Virus record (IMG/VR): IMGVR_UViG_3300031566_000003 | From: a virus | DNA length: 64,000 bases | Direction: 5' to 3' (one strand) | Part shown: in pieces, positions 32,985 to 42,837 of the stretch | Layout of the letters: each line of letters starts with the position of its first letter | How positions within the stretch are numbered: the stretch's first letter is position 1 | Translations under genes and position numbers: made by a program | The notes under the pieces: model-generated | Databases searched by the model: none | Told to the model about the DNA's origin: nothing | What the model saw: only the letters and a program-made list of their open reading frames with translations

Positions 32985-33197
32985 TTACTCCTTTTCAAGT
33001 TTCTTAAGTGGATATAAATCCAATTTTTGACCATTAAGTTGACAGGCTATAGCTTCCAGCCTACTTTCGAGATCACGAATTTCTTTTTCAAAAAAAGTTT
33101 GTTCATCTTTACTTTTCTTAAGTTTAGCCTCAAGATCTTCAAGATGACTTAAGACCTTAATAAAGTTCTTTACTTTCTTAATTTGAAGTTCTTGCAT
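32985..33197 (-). CDS. hypothetical coiled-coil protein (70 aa from the ATG at 33197)
   Basis: TAATG junction with the dehydratase gene. Confidence 0.55.
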   Translation of the reverse strand: MQELQIKKVKNFIKVLSHLEDLEAKLKKSKDEQTFFEKEIRDLESRLEAIACQLNGQKLDLYPLKKLEKE

Positions 33198-34189
33198 TAG
33201 ATACTCCAATCTAACCAACGTGGATTATCCAAAGTCCACTTGATTGTTCGCTCAAACGATTCTCTAAAAGTCATTGGAACCCTCCATCCCATCGCAGCCA
33301 TTTTAGATCCATCAAGAGCATAGCGTAAATCATGACCTGGCCTACTCTCATGGAAATTTACCATTTCAAAATGCAACTTCTTACCCATAATTTCAGCTAT
33401 GGTTTGAGCCAAGACATAATTTTTAATTTCACATTCTCCGACAATATTATATTTCTGTCTTCTTTCAAATTTGCCTAAGAGAAAATGAGCTGCATTCGCA
33501 AAGTTTCTGGCATGAATATAGAACCTTGACCCCGAAATAGTTTCTGTTATATCAGAATGAATAGTTACAGTTTCATCTCTTAGAATCTTACGAATACACA
33601 TTGGAATAAATTTTTCAGGATGCTGTCTTTCTCCAAACACGTTCATAGTATGAACGATAAATATAGGTAGGCTATATGTATTCGCATAAGCCAAACAGAG
33701 TTCTTCTGCTCCGGCTTTAGTAGCACTATATGGATTCGTACAATTATATCTATCCCATTCATTAAAGGCATCGTATGCTGAAGCCGGACCAAAGACTTCA
33801 TCAGTACTCATATAAAGCATCCCCTTTAAATTAGGTAACTTCTTTACAAATTCCAAAATATTGAATGTACCAAGCAAATTACTCATAACAAATGGCTTAG
33901 GATCCAGAATACTATTATCAACATGAGTCTCCGCAGCAAGATGAAAAAGCCAATTCGCACCTCTGACTTCGTGCAAAATTCCTTCTGGAATTTCCCTTGT
34001 TATATCTGTAGTGAGAAGAAGAACTCTATCTTCATGATATGCATTGATGTCCCTTATGCGCTCAAATCCTCTGGAAGCATAAGTAAGTTTATCCAGAATG
34101 CATATTTCCCAATTCGTATTCTTCAGGAAATGCTCCACTACATGACTCCCAATAAAGCCACAGCCTCCGGTAATAATAATTTTATTCAC
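33197..34189 (-). CDS. rfbB: NAD-dependent sugar-nucleotide 4,6-dehydratase (dTDP-glucose 4,6-dehydratase family)
   Basis: TGGCGFIGSH Rossmann motif, DKLTYA, STDEVFG, YSATKAGAE (YxxxK), RPGHDLRYALD and W..NP.W. Confidence 0.8.
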   Translation of the reverse strand: MNKIIITGGCGFIGSHVVEHFLKNTNWEICILDKLTYASRGFERIRDINAYHEDRVLLLTTDITREIPEGILHEVRGANWLFHLAAETHVDNSILDPKPFVMSNLLGTFNILEFVKKLPNLKGMLYMSTDEVFGPASAYDAFNEWDRYNCTNPYSATKAGAEELCLAYANTYSLPIFIVHTMNVFGERQHPEKFIPMCIRKILRDETVTIHSDITETISGSRFYIHARNFANAAHFLLGKFERRQKYNIVGECEIKNYVLAQTIAEIMGKKLHFEMVNFHESRPGHDLRYALDGSKMAAMGWRVPMTFRESFERTIKWTLDNPRWLDWSI

Positions 34190-34198
34190 TTTTTCTCC

Positions 34199-35212
34199 TT
34201 ACGCTTTGTTCTTATTATTTTCTATTTCCCGAGACAATGCTTTTTCAAGCTCTGCCATTGAAGCTGTACTTGTACCGACTTTCCCTACAACGATTCCCGC
34301 AGCTACATTCGCAAGAATAGCAGTATTTTCCATATCTAAGCCGGCTCCCAATCCCAAGGCCATAACCGCAGACACCGTATCGCCAGCCCCAGTGACATCG
34401 CTAACTTCTTTAGCAACTGCCGGAATATTAGTTTCTGTAATCCTTGGCTCCTTCTTGAAAAGAGTCATCCCAAGTGATCCTTGAGTTAAGAGTACCGATC
34501 CACATTTCAAAACCCCTAACAATTTCAGTCCTGTAAGATACACACCTCGTTTAGAAATCGGGTCAACATGACAAAAATGCGCAGCATCTACATAACTAGG
34601 AGTTATTAAATCTAAATATTTATGAAGTTGCATATTCTTGCCCTTTGGATCTGAAATAATAGGAGCTCCTATTCCCGCAGCAAATTCTCTTATATCTCTC
34701 ATCAGATCGCTACTGATAACTCCTTTATTATAATCAGAAATGACTATGGCTTTTATTCCGCAATCTGTCAATCTGCTTAAATTCTGCTTTATTTGCTGAT
34801 AAGTTTCTAACTCTATTTGGTAATTACTCTCTCTATCAAGACGAACCACTTGCTGACTATGAGCAATAATTCTAGTCTTTTTAGAAGTCCATCTTGAAAG
34901 TTCAGTACAGATTCCTGCCTTCCCCATTTTTCTATGTTCCACGATATCTCTGAATATCTGCCCTTCTCTATCGTCTCCTAATACTCCACAAAGAATAGGA
35001 TATCCACCAAGACTTTCAATATTACTTGCAACATTCCCTGCGCCTCCAAGTCTATAAGACAAATGATCAACTGTGACTATCGGAACAGGAGCCTCTGGAG
35101 AGATACGAAATACTTGTCCCCAGATATATTCATCCAGGATTAAGTCTCCTATCACTAAAATCTTTAGTCCAGAAACTCCATCAAAAAAACTTTTAAAATT
35201 TTGGATTACCAT
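34199..35212 (-). CDS. hldA: D-glycero-beta-D-manno-heptose-7-phosphate kinase (RfaE/HldE domain I, pfkB family)
   Basis: ILVIGDLILDEYIWGQVFRISPEAPVPIV, GGAGNVA, DYNKG, DVTGAGDTV and AAGIVVGKVGT. Confidence 0.8.
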   Translation of the reverse strand: MVIQNFKSFFDGVSGLKILVIGDLILDEYIWGQVFRISPEAPVPIVTVDHLSYRLGGAGNVASNIESLGGYPILCGVLGDDREGQIFRDIVEHRKMGKAGICTELSRWTSKKTRIIAHSQQVVRLDRESNYQIELETYQQIKQNLSRLTDCGIKAIVISDYNKGVISSDLMRDIREFAAGIGAPIISDPKGKNMQLHKYLDLITPSYVDAAHFCHVDPISKRGVYLTGLKLLGVLKCGSVLLTQGSLGMTLFKKEPRITETNIPAVAKEVSDVTGAGDTVSAVMALGLGAGLDMENTAILANVAAGIVVGKVGTSTASMAELEKALSREIENNKNKA

Positions 35213-35586
35213 GGAATATTATCCTCCTCTTCCGGAGAAATTTCTCTTACGTTCAGTCCTTCACTGAGTCGAGAGTGATCTTCGGCAAATGGGTCGTAAA
35301 ATTGAATTAGATTCTGTACGATTTTTCTAATCTTTGGAGGAATCGTTGGATCTTGGGCTAGATATCTCATAACATAAGGAGCAGTTTCAAATCTAGATAA
35401 AAGACTAGAGATCTTTTCTCCCCTATGTGATCCGAATAACAGAATTGCATCGGTGGGCGAAGTGGACTTCGGAGGTATTAATTGAAGTAATTCTTTTGAT
35501 TTCAGAATTATTTTCATCCTGTCTCTTGATTCTTCTTCTAATCGCTTGATTCTCTTCGCTATTGCTTTTGGATCAAACTTTCCCAT
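35206..35586 (-). CDS. hypothetical protein (126 aa)
   Basis: Packed ORF. The FGSHRGEKIS...YVMRYL block faintly resembles DUF3820. Confidence 0.55.
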   Translation of the reverse strand: MGKFDPKAIAKRIKRLEEESRDRMKIILKSKELLQLIPPKSTSPTDAILLFGSHRGEKISSLLSRFETAPYVMRYLAQDPTIPPKIRKIVQNLIQFYDPFAEDHSRLSEGLNVREISPEEEDNIPW

Positions 35587-36028
35587 TTTCAGATCTGGCC
35601 TTTCTTTTATTCAAAAATGTAAGTGTCCTTTCTGAATCAATCTTTAATCCACGATATACTCTAAATAATAAAAAGAATTGATCATAAACTTTATCTAATT
35701 TCTTACGTCTATCATAAAACCCAAGATCTTTACACCTTTTTCTAACTTCTTTCTCTGAGTTAGAATTAGTACAAACAGGCCATGAAGTACAATTTAACTC
35801 CATGCATAAGTAGACTTTACTAAGAAATTCAGGACATTTCCTGCGACAAGAACTTTTGCACAAATAAATATGCCGTTTCAAAACACGACATTTATAAATT
35901 CCCCCTAGCGTCTTCTTCCTTCCTTGCGGAAAGCAAGTGATATCAACAAAATGTCTCTTACTAAAATTCTCAATCTTTTCACTATACAACTTTAGAAGTC
36001 GCTTTACTCTTTCCGAGTCAGTATCCAT
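35573..36028 (-). CDS. hypothetical basic Cys-rich protein (151 aa)
   Basis: Packed ORF. Confidence 0.6.
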   Translation of the reverse strand: MDTDSERVKRLLKLYSEKIENFSKRHFVDITCFPQGRKKTLGGIYKCRVLKRHIYLCKSSCRRKCPEFLSKVYLCMELNCTSWPVCTNSNSEKEVRKRCKDLGFYDRRKKLDKVYDQFFLLFRVYRGLKIDSERTLTFLNKRKARSENGKV

Positions 36029-36062
36029 ATTTATTACCCAAAATAATATACAATATTCTATT

Positions 36063-36779
36063 TTATTTTTTCAAGAGAGTGGGAGATTTTAGGAAAAAGG
36101 CTACCTGTTTCCCATGACTAAGGATGAGTCTAAATAAGGAACTTGCTTGATACTTTAATAATTTCTTCAATCCCTTTTGTTCAATATATTCACAATCTCC
36201 GAAATAATCCTTAATATTATCTGAATCTAACTTAAGGGTAACAACATGATGGGCTAATAAAAGAGCATTTCTGGTTATTTCTGAAAGCAGAAATGCATCG
36301 GCAGCATCGTCATTTGTTATTTTAATCTTGAATTGATCGTAAATCTCTAACAAAATTTGATTTTTTTTAGCAGCCTTAACCCAGGCTTTTACGGTAAGAG
36401 GACTTATGACTAAGAGAGGTCTTTTCTTGAAAAAGAATAATCGCCTAATTACTCCTCCAAGTTCACCTGCTTGTTCCCGACCATATTTTTTATTGTAGGC
36501 ATAACCTTCAATTCCAATAAAAGGAGAAATACCATCTAATATTTTACGCAGCCTTCTTTCTATCCTTATTAGCCTACTGAATCCAGAACTCTTAGCTGTA
36601 ATAGTGCCTACTTTAACAGAAATATCTGAATTTCTTATAGCCCATCCAGTAGAATTTATACTTGGATCAACTCCCATTGTCAAAAATTCCTGACAATAAG
36701 TCTTCCTAACTTGTTCAATGAGCTTACATCCTATTACAAAAGATTCCCTTTGTTCATAAATAGAAAGTTTTTTGGTCAT
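36063..36779 (-). CDS. RuvC-like Holliday junction resolvase
   Basis: MGVDPSINSTGWA (first Asp), IGIEGYAY (Glu) and DDAADAFLL (C-terminal acidic pair). Confidence 0.6.
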   Translation of the reverse strand: MTKKLSIYEQRESFVIGCKLIEQVRKTYCQEFLTMGVDPSINSTGWAIRNSDISVKVGTITAKSSGFSRLIRIERRLRKILDGISPFIGIEGYAYNKKYGREQAGELGGVIRRLFFFKKRPLLVISPLTVKAWVKAAKKNQILLEIYDQFKIKITNDDAADAFLLSEITRNALLLAHHVVTLKLDSDNIKDYFGDCEYIEQKGLKKLLKYQASSLFRLILSHGKQVAFFLKSPTLLKK

Positions 36780-36796
36780 TTGTCATCTCCAGCTTT

Positions 36797-38716
36797 TTAT
36801 TCTATATAGCTCTTTCCATCTTTTTTTACAATATTGATCGTTTCTCCGTAGCCAGAGACAACATCATGATGAGTAATAACTAACACCTTTGTCCCTTCAT
36901 CTGCCTTTTGACGCAATAATTCCACCATCCTATCTCTGCCTGGTCCATCCGTACCGACAAAAGGTTCGTCAAACCAAAGCAAAGCAATAGGACTTTCAGC
37001 AGAACTAAAGAGAGCCATTTGCGTACTGAATTCTATTTTAGAAATTTCTCCTCCCGAATATGTTCTTACATCTCGCGGCTTTTCTCCATTAACACTTACT
37101 TCAACGGTTATTTCATCTACAACTTTCTTTGACTTCATTTCTTTTTTAGGTTTGAAAAAAACCGAGATGTCATTATCCGACAAAACATCAAGAAAATCAG
37201 AAGAATGGAGATTAAGATTAGTAAGAAAATCATCAAAGAGCTCTCGCATCGTTTTATCGTATGCTACTTCCGATAGTTCATGCTTTGCCTCTTCTATACT
37301 GATTCCCTTTAAAAGCATTTGGACAGTATTTATTCTGACTAATAATTCATTCTTTTTAATCATTATAGTTTCAAGCGTAGATTTTCCGCTAGGAAATTCA
37401 ATTTGCTTTTGAATTCTTTTTATTTCTTCACTGTTTTTGCCTAAATCTCTTTTAAAAGATGCCACCATTGCCTCCCATTTTTCAGCAATACGCAATCCTT
37501 TTAAGAGACTTTCTCTATGCTGAATTTTTGGTCCTAAGCGTTTATATCTTTCTGTAATTAGCTCTAATTCTTTTCTACTCTTCACAATGGTCTTTTCCAG
37601 AGTTTCAATTTCAATTTCAAGATTCTCAACTTCTTTTCTACACTCCTTAATCTTTACTTTATCATCATTTATAACCTTTTCAACCCTCTCAGGGGTGAGT
37701 TTAACGCCACATTTATCACATACAGTGGACTTATGGCTTCTGAGGTCACGAACCTCTAAAATCATCTGCGAAATTTTGACAGAAACCTTTCCTTTTTCTT
37801 GAGTTTTCAGACTAATTTGGGCTTTTTCCCTAGCCACCATGTCTCGAACGCGAGCAAGTTTATTTATTATTTCATTCGCCTCTTCTATGTCATGCTTCAG
37901 AGAACTGATTCTAAAACGTAGTTTTTCTATTCCTACTGTTTGTAAAATAGCATACTTTAATTTGTCAGCCACCTCTATCTCTGAATCTTTTAACTCTTTC
38001 ATTGCTACACTGGCAGCTTCCTTAAATCTTTCAACCTCTTTACATAATCTATTTTCCGTGTCCTCTAGAACTCTAAGCTCTCCTTCGAATTTATTAAGAG
38101 TAACAACTACATTTTCTTTTTCATCTCTAACTTTCCTAAAAGTCTCATGAGAAAGTTTTTTACACTTCTGAAGATCATGTAAGTCACGGATATCAATAAT
38201 GATTTCAGCTTTCCTGGTATCAGCGACGTTTAAGAATCTATTAAAATCTCTCTGACCGAAGAAATTTCGGTTACAAAATGTTCCCCAATTTATATTTAAT
38301 TCCCTATTAATAACAGTATATGTATCCGCTTTTGTTTTCCTACTCAGATCATAGACTTCTTCACCCATCTTTTTAAGAAAGAAAACTTTACTCCCGAACA
38401 CATGATGATTGCGATATTTTTTGATATACCAATAACATTTTAAGGCAGGATCCTTGAAAGCAATATACTCATACGTCCACTTTGCAAATTTTCCAATAAA
38501 GCTTTCTGGACTGTGACGACGAATTGTTTTGTCAAAAAGGAGATCTGTAAGCAAATCTCCAAGGATCGATTTTCCCGCCCCATTACTTTCAGAACCTGCG
38601 GTATCTAGATTCGTTCCAGTAATGAAGACTAAGTTATCTTTGAAACTTCCAAAATTTAGATCTAAAGTTTCATAGAAAACAAAGTTTGTTGCCTTCATCC
38701 GAATTGGAATAAGCAT
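36797..38716 (-). CDS. Rad50/SbcC-like ATPase
   Basis: Walker A (SNGAGKS), long coiled coil with a CDKCG zinc hook, signature YSGGE and Walker B (LLWFDEP). Confidence 0.8.
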   Translation of the reverse strand: MLIPIRMKATNFVFYETLDLNFGSFKDNLVFITGTNLDTAGSESNGAGKSILGDLLTDLLFDKTIRRHSPESFIGKFAKWTYEYIAFKDPALKCYWYIKKYRNHHVFGSKVFFLKKMGEEVYDLSRKTKADTYTVINRELNINWGTFCNRNFFGQRDFNRFLNVADTRKAEIIIDIRDLHDLQKCKKLSHETFRKVRDEKENVVVTLNKFEGELRVLEDTENRLCKEVERFKEAASVAMKELKDSEIEVADKLKYAILQTVGIEKLRFRISSLKHDIEEANEIINKLARVRDMVAREKAQISLKTQEKGKVSVKISQMILEVRDLRSHKSTVCDKCGVKLTPERVEKVINDDKVKIKECRKEVENLEIEIETLEKTIVKSRKELELITERYKRLGPKIQHRESLLKGLRIAEKWEAMVASFKRDLGKNSEEIKRIQKQIEFPSGKSTLETIMIKKNELLVRINTVQMLLKGISIEEAKHELSEVAYDKTMRELFDDFLTNLNLHSSDFLDVLSDNDISVFFKPKKEMKSKKVVDEITVEVSVNGEKPRDVRTYSGGEISKIEFSTQMALFSSAESPIALLWFDEPFVGTDGPGRDRMVELLRQKADEGTKVLVITHHDVVSGYGETINIVKKDGKSYIE

Positions 38717-38720
38717 ATAT

Positions 38721-39032
38721 TCACTTCTCTTTTTTTCTACTTAATTCTTTAAAGATATAATCACGCAGAATCTCTACGTGGCAAGATTGAGGAGCTCACC
38801 AGCAGATAAGAATTAATTTTCCCTTAGCCTTGACTTCTTCAATTAAATGGTCCAATACTTGAGAGATCTTTAAACTATCTTTATTTTTATAGAACCATAC
38901 TTTATACTTTTTAATAGCATTTTCCCTGCCATACACTTTCACAGAGAAAGGATTGCCTAGAGGACTAGGTCTGCCGACATAAAATCCAGGACCTCGATAA
39001 ACTCGTCTGTTTTTGATTTCAATAACTTGCAT
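38721..39032 (-). CDS. DUF4326-family protein interrupted by an in-frame TGA (38796-38798) at a conserved Cys
   Basis: YVGRPSPLGNPF then LILICW-TGA-APQSCHVEIL matches the family motif L.C.CAP..CH..vL. The continuation stays open to 38721, 4 nt before the Rad50 ATG. The track ORF is 38796-39032. Confidence 0.6.
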
Positions 39033-39552
39033 TTATTTTCTTTTTTCTCTCACTTTTCCCTTTGACATAATATATATTTTTAGATCTACCGGGATGAAGT
39101 TCTTTAAAAAGATGACGAATCTCAGTCAGTAAGTTATCAATTAAAAAACAAACTTTTTCATATTTTTCATCATGAAGTCCTATAACTACAAAAGCAAAAT
39201 GTATAATATTCCGAAAGATTCCAAGTTCATTCAAAAACTGTTTGCGTTCAATTCCAACAGTAATTCTGCCTTTTTGTTCTTTGCTTTTTTCCACCATATC
39301 TGAAAAAAAACTAGTCAGTTCAAAAATTTGCCAAAGTATTGCGGTTTCTAGATCTAATCTGTCTTCACACGCTTGGTTATCACAATTTCTTGGACAGCAG
39401 AGATCAGAACTATATTTTGCCTTACAGCTAGGATCATGACAAAGATTAAACATCTTTTTTCTAATTTTAATAATTTCATCCAGTATGTAGTCTATTTCGC
39501 CTCTGTTCCTTCTTTCAACTTTTCTTTCTAATCTGCCCATAAATACTTTCAT
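39019..39552 (-). CDS. hypothetical Cys-rich protein (177 aa)
   Basis: Packed ORF. Confidence 0.6.
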   Translation of the reverse strand: MKVFMGRLERKVERRNRGEIDYILDEIIKIRKKMFNLCHDPSCKAKYSSDLCCPRNCDNQACEDRLDLETAILWQIFELTSFFSDMVEKSKEQKGRITVGIERKQFLNELGIFRNIIHFAFVVIGLHDEKYEKVCFLIDNLLTEIRHLFKELHPGRSKNIYYVKGKSERKKKINASY

Positions 39553-40142
39553 TACAGAATCTCCTCTTTATAGTAGCAGCGTAAAAGATCTCTTCCCCAA
39601 CTTTTTTGCCAACCTCCTTTCTTTAACCAATGAGCATAACGCCTATGAAGTTTCTTAGAATCTTCAACCAAATCTTCACTAATTACAGGCCAAATATCAT
39701 GCCACATCGTATTAAATCTTTCTTTTCCAGGATGCCACTTCCAAACATCGGCATGGTTTATGACAAGTTTTTCATGCTGAATATGAGGGTAAACAAGGTC
39801 TATTACTTCTTTAGAAATTTCGTTGACAATTACTTTATCTACTCCATCAAGTTCACATAACGCTACAACTACAACGCCCAATCCAAGTCCACTAATTAAA
39901 ACTGTTCCCATTGCATTCTTCATAAAAGGAAGCATGTCTCTTCTTTCAGCAGGTGTATCACTACAAATCAAACCTCCCCTATGTGTCAACATCGTATAGA
40001 CTTCTGGAGAAACATACCTGTGAGTATTATGCATTAATTCTCTCAAATTATGAATAAATGCTCCCCTATTATCAATTGTAAATCTCTTCACCTCCCAATC
40101 ACCACACTTCCCCTCGGGAACAGTAGATTTCTTAACACGCAT
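39552..40142 (-). CDS. class I SAM-dependent methyltransferase-like protein
   Basis: VLISGLGLGVVV (motif I-like), VNEI and FNTMWHDIW (acidic/aromatic motif IV-like). Confidence 0.5.
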   Translation of the reverse strand: MRVKKSTVPEGKCGDWEVKRFTIDNRGAFIHNLRELMHNTHRYVSPEVYTMLTHRGGLICSDTPAERRDMLPFMKNAMGTVLISGLGLGVVVVALCELDGVDKVIVNEISKEVIDLVYPHIQHEKLVINHADVWKWHPGKERFNTMWHDIWPVISEDLVEDSKKLHRRYAHWLKKGGWQKSWGRDLLRCYYKEEIL

Positions 40143-40309
40143 AGAATTCTCCAGATCATTTAAGAAATTGGTACTCCCATCTTTTCTTTTTACAATATCT
40201 TATTATATCTCCAAGAGACCATCTTCTCATATAGGAAATAATAGGAGCACACTGAGATCCATCTGTTACCAAACCAGCTACAAAATGCGGAGCTACTATT
40301 CTTATCAAT

Positions 40310-41122
40310 CTACCTGACATCTTTGGCAAATCCGAAAAGAATATCTACATATCCTCCAACCTTTATATTGATATCTATGCCCGAATTAGTTACAGACGGA
40401 CGAATCTCTTGAATTATTTGACCAATTGTTTGCTTAAGCAGAACCGTGAACTCAGGACTTTCAAGAATAGCACTAGGAAGTCTTTCCCTAGTTGAAGCCT
40501 TTACCGCTCCTTCAAGTTCTGAAGACAATTTTCCCCCCGAACGCTTAATAGATTTTCTTTGTCTGTTTTGGTCCTCAAGAAATTTTAAATATAGAATGTC
40601 AGTTTCTTGTTTTGGATTTTCCGACTCAGCTTTCCAAGAAAAAACATAATTTCTGGTTCCAACAAGATTCTTTTTATCTAACAGTCCCTTTTGATCTCCA
40701 AAAAATCTCATGAACTTTGTCAGATATGAAGACAAACTGCGGGGATTTTTCATTCCTATCGCGTGAGCTAAGTCTTCTAAAGAAAACCATTCCCTAGGAT
40801 GCTTCATAAAGAAAAGTAGAAGATCCCTTCTGAATGATTGCTTTGCAGCGGTGCCATGATTTGCCATTTTTGATTCCTCCTCTCTGATTTCTCTTATGGA
40901 AAAAACCTTAGTCTGTAATACTCCTCTAAGTTCTGTCGCTGGACGAGATGGTCTCCGGTGCTTAATAATAGATTTTCCATACTTTTTACTTTCCTTTACT
41001 GCTTCTATCATTAAATTTTCTGATGGAATTCCTTCATGCAGGTGTAAATATTCCTTAGCCGTTAGCCTTTTCCCGTCCTTGAGAGTTATGTTAATGCCTT
41101 CTAGCTTCAACAAATCTCCCAT
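40310..41122 (-). CDS. hypothetical protein (270 aa), possible winged-helix segment
   Basis: Long ORF; WFSLEDLAHAIGMKNPRSLSSYLTKF looks HTH-like. Confidence 0.65.
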   Translation of the reverse strand: MGDLLKLEGINITLKDGKRLTAKEYLHLHEGIPSENLMIEAVKESKKYGKSIIKHRRPSRPATELRGVLQTKVFSIREIREEESKMANHGTAAKQSFRRDLLLFFMKHPREWFSLEDLAHAIGMKNPRSLSSYLTKFMRFFGDQKGLLDKKNLVGTRNYVFSWKAESENPKQETDILYLKFLEDQNRQRKSIKRSGGKLSSELEGAVKASTRERLPSAILESPEFTVLLKQTIGQIIQEIRPSVTNSGIDINIKVGGYVDILFGFAKDVR

Positions 41123-41199
41123 TTTTCACTCCTTTCTCTCGTTAGAAAAAGAAACAATAAATTAACTTACCTCCTTTCTATAATCATTTTAGTCATTAA

Positions 41200-41577
41200 T
41201 TATTTTTTCTTCTTAACAGGAACAAATTTTCTCTTTTCACTCACAAAACTAATAGCTTTTCCCTCAACTGTAATAGTACCACTAATTGGAATCTCTGGCG
41301 AATAAACAGGAGACTTAGCCCTCTCGAAAACAAGTTCATTTTCAAAAAGACATTTTGTTTTATCTTCATCAAGAAAAACTAAAGAACTACTTTCTACTTC
41401 TATAACAGCATAATCGAAACAGTCAGCAGTAGCAGAATATTTAAAAGTTTTTATTCCATCAATTCTTCTTCCCGAAGAATCCAGAATGTTTACAACCATT
41501 CCTTCTTCATTCCGCACCACATAAAGCTTTCCTTGCTTGGCCTTTTTACCCCGAGGACTTGGCAATTTCTTCGTCAT
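41200..41577 (-). CDS. hypothetical protein (125 aa)
   Basis: Packed ORF. Confidence 0.6.
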   Translation of the reverse strand: MTKKLPSPRGKKAKQGKLYVVRNEEGMVVNILDSSGRRIDGIKTFKYSATADCFDYAVIEVESSSLVFLDEDKTKCLFENELVFERAKSPVYSPEIPISGTITVEGKAISFVSEKRKFVPVKKKK

Positions 41578-41725
41578 ATCTTCTCTTAGCTTCTATAATC
41601 TTATCAATACAACCTGGATGAAAAACAACTTTCTTATCAGGAGCATTCATAACGGGAACACCTTTTATTGTAATCGGAACAATTTGTTCACACAAAGGGC
41701 ATTGTCTGTTTTCAGCTATGCTCAT
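41546..41725 (-). CDS. hypothetical Zn-binding protein (59 aa, below the ORF-track cutoff)
   Basis: Hand-translated MSIAENRQCPLCEQ...HPGC...; ATGA overlap with the Mre11 stop. Confidence 0.5.
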   Translation of the reverse strand: MSIAENRQCPLCEQIVPITIKGVPVMNAPDKKVVFHPGCIDKIIEAKRRYDEEIAKSSG

Positions 41726-42837
41726 CTAATTTCTCCTTCCTTCATTCTTTTATATAAAGACATTACATGTTCTTCAAACTTTGGTATTCTAGCTGACTGT
41801 TCGGCTAACCCTTTTACTACAGTATATAAAACCTTCTCCTTACTGGATTTCGCAAGCATTGTTCTTTCTTTACCAGCAGAAGACAACTTATGGATCTTTT
41901 TTGTACGTGGCATGATTAAGTAATAAGGTTCGCATTCAGAAACTCTTTTAATAAAATCAATATTTTCTTCTTCTGTTTTTTTATCTAGATCCAATACGAG
42001 TTTGACTATATTATTCCTTATTATTTCACGGTCTACAGAATAATCATCTATAACTACAAATCGTGGACTATATTTGTTGGATAATCTAGAAACTTTTAAA
42101 GCAGGAAGATCAAAAAAAGCAATCCCCGGATGAGTATTTCGTTCATCCATTCTTGTCTGCTGAATTGATCCAGAATAAAAAGCATTAGGAATAATACGTT
42201 GGAAATAATGATGATGACCAAAAATCATTAAATCATAACCATCCGCTATACCTTCAAGATTTTCTGGCTTGATCCCCCTGATACTTTTAGTTGATCCATG
42301 CAATGTTCCCTTAATTCCTGCATGGCCGACTAAAATGTTATAGTAAATACGATCAACAGGAGCCCCATTGTTACGCATTAAAAGAAGAAACTTTTCATCA
42401 GAACAATGACTTATCGCCACCACTCTAATTGGAGTATCCGTTTCCTTGAAAAGATATATTCCCAAATCTCCTTGCTTGAAATAAATATTTCTACATTGCT
42501 TCCTATAGATAGTTAAAAAATCTAGGATTGAAGTTTTATGGTCTATATCATGATTCCCAGAAACGATTACGGTCGGGATTCTATTGACTCGACAGAGTTC
42601 TAGAAAATGAATAAGCAAGAATAATGTATCACTATCTAGAAGAGTAGTATGGCATAAATCTCCAGGAACAACGATTAAATCCACTGATTTTTTGACTATT
42701 TTTTGGAATGAAGACCCTAAAAATTCCATAAGTTGATATTTACGATAATCTGATCCAACGGAAGTATAAGGGAGGGAATTTGTTAAATGAGGGTCTCCTA
42801 TGGCAGCAATTCTAATGAAACACTTTTTCTTCTCCAT
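41722..42837 (-). CDS. Mre11/SbcD-like nuclease
   Basis: Calcineurin-like motifs GDPH, GDLCH, GNHD, GH and GHHH. Confidence 0.8.
   Translation of the reverse strand: MEKKKCFIRIAAIGDPHLTNSLPYTSVGSDYRKYQLMEFLGSSFQKIVKKSVDLIVVPGDLCHTTLLDSDTLFLLIHFLELCRVNRIPTVIVSGNHDIDHKTSILDFLTIYRKQCRNIYFKQGDLGIYLFKETDTPIRVVAISHCSDEKFLLLMRNNGAPVDRIYYNILVGHAGIKGTLHGSTKSIRGIKPENLEGIADGYDLMIFGHHHYFQRIIPNAFYSGSIQQTRMDERNTHPGIAFFDLPALKVSRLSNKYSPRFVVIDDYSVDREIIRNNIVKLVLDLDKKTEEENIDFIKRVSECEPYYLIMPRTKKIHKLSSAGKERTMLAKSSKEKVLYTVVKGLAEQSARIPKFEEHVMSLYKRMKEGEIR

Noticed and set aside
38740-38798. Bacterial SECIS hairpin immediately downstream of the in-frame TGA.
   Set aside because: Only 4-5-bp helices (AAUCU/AGAUU and CACG/CGUG) can be drawn by eye. 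That is not convincing, so selenocysteine remains only one of several explanations.
40143-40309. TAG readthrough of 40310-41122. The frame stays open for 38 codons after the TAG stop.
   Set aside because: The extension (IDKNSSSAFCSWFGNRWISVCSYYFLYEKMVSWRYNKIL) has no recognisable features. An open run of that length is not very improbable, and no other gene shows the same pattern.
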